In this document: piece after piece, positions 63,361-64,000 of the stretch
How positions within the stretch are numbered: the first letter of the stretch is position 1
How the letters are laid out: the number at the start of each line of letters is the position of its first letter
Assembly: GCA_002104905.1 (NCBI GenBank)
Contig: MCFE01000313.1
Span: 33,384-97,383 of the forward strand
Origin: Basidiobolus meristosporus CBS 931.73
Taxonomy: Eukaryota; Fungi; Basidiobolomycota
Length of the DNA: 64,000 nucleotides
Direction of reading: 5' to 3'
Program-made: the position numbers and the translations under genes
The notes under the pieces: model-generated
Told to the model about the DNA's origin: nothing
What the model saw: only the letters and a program-made list of their open reading frames with translations
The model's database searches: none

Positions 63361-64000
63361 AATACAGCAGTTCTTGCCAACATATGCCACAAGCCCAGAA
63401 CAGATTGAATATCATGGTATTTAAGAAGATTACCAGCAAAAAAACAGCTGTCTCACAAGAGTTGGAAGAAAGCCAGTTGAGCTACACACTGACAAGGTAG
63501 ATGAGTGTGCCAAAAGAGGCAAGTTGTCTACCACAGCCTCCATATCCTTCATTGTTGGCAGAGTGGTAATCCCACCAACAGACAGGAATATAGTGTTAAG
63601 AACTTGATACACTATCACAATGCCTTCAGTGGAATTTTAGAACATTAATAGGCACACCAAGAGGTTGCAGCACTTCTTCAAGAGTAGTGCTCAAGAAGAC
63701 GCACTGGATTATTGCAAGGATTTATAGCAACAACTGGCAGATGAGGTGCTAGACCTTGCTGTGCCAGCTGAAGACCAGGATGTGTGGGAACCAGTGAATG
63801 AAGAGTGGCATAAAGCTGTTGGGTTCCTGCCAAAGTTGTGGAACCATAGTGCTACAGCAGAATTACTTATTCAGTGGTGGATTTTAATGGAGTTACTTGT
63901 TGAGTGTGGGGTTGGGCTTAATGTTGGTGTAGAGTATAGGCAATGTATAGGTCAATACAATTGGTAATTGAGGTACAACTAAAGTTTCAATGGAATTAAT

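Larger units (their letters stand above)
44353..64000 (-). mobile_element. CACTA-like element copy 2 (runs off window), backbone for Gypsy-A copy 2, Copia-B and Gypsy-A copy 3
   Basis: End CACCCTATAAAAAATAATTTGGTCC at 44353; transposase on minus; ORF2 on plus (52560-53827, resuming at 63361). Sequence rejoins across both nested insertions. Confidence 0.7.

Noticed and set aside
1-64000. tRNA, rRNA or other structured RNA genes
   Set aside because: None recognisable by eye; tRNA-like matches are only retroelement primer-binding sites.

Overview
Eukaryotic fungal DNA; the short GT-AG introns, codon style and TE types suggest an early-diverging lineage such as Zoopagomycota/Mucoromycota (inference). 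It has two sharply different parts. (1) About 1-16.7 kb is gene-dense and CpG-rich: 3' end of a glutathione peroxidase, a Cbf1/USF-type bHLH factor, an ABHD4/5-Cld1-like hydrolase, a MAP-kinase dual-specificity phosphatase with a 1-nt frameshift, RPS3, a head-to-head near-perfect inverted duplication of a 758-aa HAM1/DUF4449-like gene (one copy frameshifted), and PUT2. (2) About 16.8-64 kb is a CpG-depleted nest of transposons: two Ty1/Copia families, three copies of one Ty3/Gypsy family (one with apparently identical LTRs), a second Gypsy family with an extra ORF after integrase, and a degenerate CACTA/EnSpm-like DNA transposon with a divergently oriented second gene, which forms the backbone several retroelements inserted into. 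Best leads: an RNase H/integrase frameshift (G2A7) shared by two Gypsy copies, the gene-conversion-like inverted gene pair, the extra Gypsy ORF, and the two-gene CACCC-ended CACTA-like element. All alignments and counts were done by eye. Several single-base insertions could be assembly errors.
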